The notes beneath the pieces were generated by a model. That model had not been told where the DNA came from. It saw only the letters and a program-made list of their open reading frames with translations, and searched no databases. This document shows positions 61,230 to 64,000 of a DNA stretch of 64,000 nucleotides, piece by piece. Positions within the stretch are counted from its first letter, which is position 1, and each line of letters opens with the position of its first letter. Source of the DNA: Terriglobia bacterium (GTDB taxonomy: Bacteria; Acidobacteriota; Terriglobia; 20CM-2-55-15); NCBI GenBank assembly GCA_965218585.1, contig CBDCLE010000024.1, positions 288,001 to 352,000 of the forward strand, read 5' to 3'. A program made the position numbers and the translations under genes.

Positions 61230-61258
61230 TTGAAAATCTGGCTCCCTTTGACGATAAT
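61230..61258 (+). promoter_or_regulatory. Putative sigma70 promoter
   Basis: TTGAAA-N17-GATAAT upstream of 61422. Confidence 0.4.
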
Positions 61259-61421
61259 CGCCTCAATGGCCGCGACACATTCAAAGCGCTCGAACCGCAC
61301 CTGACGCGGGGGGCACTGGGCGGCCGGAAGAGCTTTTTGGGTGGGTCTTTCCGTAGATCTGCAGGGTTTCTTCTAATACTCCGTTACCTGCATGGGTGTG
61401 TGCTGACAAGGAGCAAATGGC

Positions 61422-62387
61422 ATGGCGTTCGGAACAGCAAAACTCGGCGGACTGGCGGCGTTGTCCGCTTTGATGGCCCTGGGGCTGACCAGCCCGCTCG
61501 ACGCCCAGAGGGGTATTGCCGGGATAACCGATTTTTCTGGCGAGTGGGTCGACAACTCGTTTGAAGGAGACGATCGCGGCGGGCCCCGCACGGCGGGTCC
61601 GAGTCGAGCGAACGGACTCCAGCCCGATGCGTGGCTCGGCAACTACCTTGGCATACCCTACAACGACGCCGGACGGCAGAAAGCCGCAGCCTTCGATCTT
61701 TCCATCTATTCCCACCCCGCCTGGATGTTCAGACCCCACCCTGTCCAGTATTCGATGCGTGGGGTCATCGCCCAGTGGAGGATGTCGAAGGAAATCAATC
61801 CACTGAACGGCAGGTTAGTGGCCTATCGAATCACGACTGGTTACAACCTCGACCGGATCATCTGGATGGACGGACGTGGGCACCCACCCGCTTATGCCGA
61901 ACACTCCTACCAGGGCTTCTCGACCGGACGGTTCGAGCGTGGAATGCTGGTGGTGACGACCACGCACATGAAGCACGGATACCACAGGCGCAACGGCGCC
62001 CCGGCGAGCGACCAGGCGACGATGACCGAGCACTTCATACGTCATGACGACCGGTTGACGATCGTGCAGTTCACTGAGGATCCGATATATCTCGAGGAGC
62101 CCTACGTTCGTACCGGGGACCATGTCCTGGCACGCGATCGGCATGCGGCAATTGCTTTCATAGGTCCCACAGCCGCGGGCTGGGGTGCAATCGAAGAGGT
62201 CATGTGGGACGAGGGTTACCTTCCGCATTACACGTTGGGTACCCGTCACCCACAGCTTGCGGACTGGCTCGGAGTCCCCTATGAAGCGACTCAAGGGGGA
62301 AGTGAAACGATCTATCCCGAATACCGCGAGACGTTGAGGCAGTTGATGAGTGAAACCGGGACAAGCACATCCCGTGGTGGGAGGTAG
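61422..62387 (+). CDS. Secreted DxxGxW large-partner protein (copy 7), Cys-free
   Basis: TDFSGEW, RIIWMDGRGHP, YQGFSTGRF, LVVTTTHMK, EDPIYLEEPY, GGSETIYPEYR; closest to 11611-12510. Confidence 0.85.
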   Translation: MAFGTAKLGGLAALSALMALGLTSPLDAQRGIAGITDFSGEWVDNSFEGDDRGGPRTAGPSRANGLQPDAWLGNYLGIPYNDAGRQKAAAFDLSIYSHPAWMFRPHPVQYSMRGVIAQWRMSKEINPLNGRLVAYRITTGYNLDRIIWMDGRGHPPAYAEHSYQGFSTGRFERGMLVVTTTHMKHGYHRRNGAPASDQATMTEHFIRHDDRLTIVQFTEDPIYLEEPYVRTGDHVLARDRHAAIAFIGPTAAGWGAIEEVMWDEGYLPHYTLGTRHPQLADWLGVPYEATQGGSETIYPEYRETLRQLMSETGTSTSRGGR

Positions 62388-62509
62388 GAGAGTCAACGGA
62401 ACGCGTCAAGGGGGTGTGAAGAGTTCCATATTTATACCTCTGAATTAACCCCTAGCGCCCCCCTATTCCCTCGCCTATTCGACTCGTACCTACCCCGTTG
62501 GGTATTGCT

Positions 62510-62591
62510 GCCACCCAAGCCGGAATCATCAATCATCCTCGGCACGGCGGAGTATATGTCACTGGGGCAGGCCAAGCGGGACGCCCTGGAT
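62510..62591 (+). pseudogene. Relic of a Hanks-type Ser/Thr kinase activation segment
   Basis: Removing a 7-bp duplication (AATCATC x2) gives ATQAGIILGTAEYMSLGQAKRDALD, resembling GTxxYMSPEQ. Confidence 0.5.
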
Positions 62592-62764
62592 GAAATCCTA
62601 GTCTCGGCGTTGAGAATTGGGTTGTTTCCGATACATCCGGTCTATAGACTCAGTCTGACTTTTTTCACGTGTCCAAACTGATTAAATAGCGGCGGAACCC
62701 GGCATTTAGCTCGGCCATCAGCCTGCCGCCACCGCAGGCCATCCACTTCGAAGAGGCGAGAACG

Positions 62765-64000
62765 ATGAAGACGATCTTCTATGCAGCAGTTGGCGTAGTG
62801 GTAATAGTTTTATGGGGTTGTGCCCCTGAAACAGCGGTTGATCGCTACGATCTCGTTGTACAGGGTGGACGGGTAATGGACCCGGAATCCGGTCTGGATG
62901 CAGTCCGTAACGTAGGTATCCGAGACGGACAGATTGCGGAGATCAGTTCAAATCCTCTTTCGGCAGTACAGATTATCGATGCCACGGGTCTCGTCGTTGC
63001 TCCTGGTTTCATTGACTTGCATATCCACTCGCCGTCCGAGGAATCATTCCGCCTAATGGTTCAGGATGGTGTCACGACTGCGTTTGAGCTTGAGGTAGGT
63101 ACAGCGGACATCTCCACCTGGTATGGCGAGCGCGAGGGAGGACAATTCCTGAACTATGGCGTCAGCATCGGACATATTCCCGTCCGCATGAGGGTCATGG
63201 GTGATGAAGGGGACTTCCTGCCAAGCGGACCGGGCGGGAGTCGGCGAGCGACCCAGGACGAGATAGCAGAGATGGAAGGGTTGATCGAGGAAGGCCTCGA
63301 GCAGGGAGCGGTTGCGGTTGGTTTCGGTCTGGCCTACACACCCGCGGCGACAACGGCCGAATTTGAATCAATGTTGCAGGTCGCAGCCGATCATGGTGCG
63401 TCGGCTCACATCCATCTGAGAGGCGGCATGGACGGTTTGAACGAAGCGATAGATACGGCATCGGCCACAGGCGCTTCGTTGCACATCGTCCACATTAATT
63501 CCAGCGGAGGTGGGTCCACTGCCGAATTTCTCGGGAGAATTGATGAGGCCCGTAGCACCGGTCAAGACGTGACCACCGAGGCCTATCCCTACGAAGCAGG
63601 TTCGTCGAGGATTGAATCTGCAATCTACGACGACTGGGAGTCCTGGGAAGACGATCGTTTCATAATGTATCAGTGGGTCGAAACCGGGGAACGACTCACT
63701 CGAGACAGTTTCGCCCGATATAGGGCGCAAGGCGGCAGGGTGATCAGCCATACCCGCACAGAGGAAATGACTCGGACAGCTATTGAGAGCCCGCTCACTG
63801 TGATCGCCAGCGATGGGGGAATACGAGATGGGCAAGGCCATCCCCGTAGTTCGGGGACATATTCAAAGGTGCTCGGAAAGTACGTGCGCGAGGACGGAGT
63901 CCTTACTCTGATGGATGCGCTGCGAAAAATGACGATCGAGCCTGCGCGGCGTCTGGGAGAGTACATACCCTCAATGGACAGGAAAGGGCGACTTAGCCTG
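62765..64000 (+). CDS. Lipoprotein N-acyl-D-amino-acid deacylase-like amidohydrolase; runs off the window and is not in the ORF track
   Basis: ATG 62765, MKTIFY...LWGC lipobox, GGRVMDPESGLDAVRNVGI, APGFIDLHIH, TTEAYPY, IASDG, GHPRSSGTYSKVLG. Confidence 0.88.
   Translation, partial: MKTIFYAAVGVVVIVLWGCAPETAVDRYDLVVQGGRVMDPESGLDAVRNVGIRDGQIAEISSNPLSAVQIIDATGLVVAPGFIDLHIHSPSEESFRLMVQDGVTTAFELEVGTADISTWYGEREGGQFLNYGVSIGHIPVRMRVMGDEGDFLPSGPGGSRRATQDEIAEMEGLIEEGLEQGAVAVGFGLAYTPAATTAEFESMLQVAADHGASAHIHLRGGMDGLNEAIDTASATGASLHIVHINSSGGGSTAEFLGRIDEARSTGQDVTTEAYPYEAGSSRIESAIYDDWESWEDDRFIMYQWVETGERLTRDSFARYRAQGGRVISHTRTEEMTRTAIESPLTVIASDGGIRDGQGHPRSSGTYSKVLGKYVREDGVLTLMDALRKMTIEPARRLGEYIPSMDRKGRLSL

Noticed and set aside
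1-64000. rRNA, tRNA, CRISPR array, prophage or recognisable defence system
   Set aside because: No such signatures seen by eye; tRNAscan/Infernal were not run.

Overview
GC-rich bacterial window. Gene content suggests an Acidobacteria-like genome (inference). It holds about 55 CDS, with many secreted or periplasmic proteins: an NHL-repeat surface protein, two N-acyl-D-amino-acid deacylases, two EcxA-like Zn metalloproteases, c-type cytochromes, TonB and a TonB-dependent receptor. Other genes include trkAH, an ECF sigma/ZAS anti-sigma pair, a GAF-GAF-PAS adenylate cyclase and bactofilin. An IS cluster (IS5, IS1595 remnant, IS256, IS701) lies at 54.8-61.1 kb. No rRNA, tRNA or CRISPR array was seen. 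The most notable signal is a repeated, uncharacterised periplasmic module with three parts: (i) four small secreted proteins whose predicted mature chain starts His-His-Ser, with a downstream (N/S)PH in the three complete copies (DUF6152-like; one copy is missing from the ORF track and is cut by an IS); (ii) seven paralogous ~270-340 aa secreted proteins sharing DxxGxW / GxSxGxW / DP motifs and a co-varying Cys pair, three of them directly upstream of a His-His-Ser gene; (iii) a tandem pair of His-containing multi-TM membrane proteins (DUF6644-like). Together they look like a candidate His-brace metallo (Cu?) redox or uptake system. Several genes carry single-base frameshifts or in-frame stops, so sequencing error must be considered. 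Two REP-like repeat families and a MITE-like element with complementary hairpin loops occupy intergenic gaps. Family names are from motif recognition only; no database search was run.
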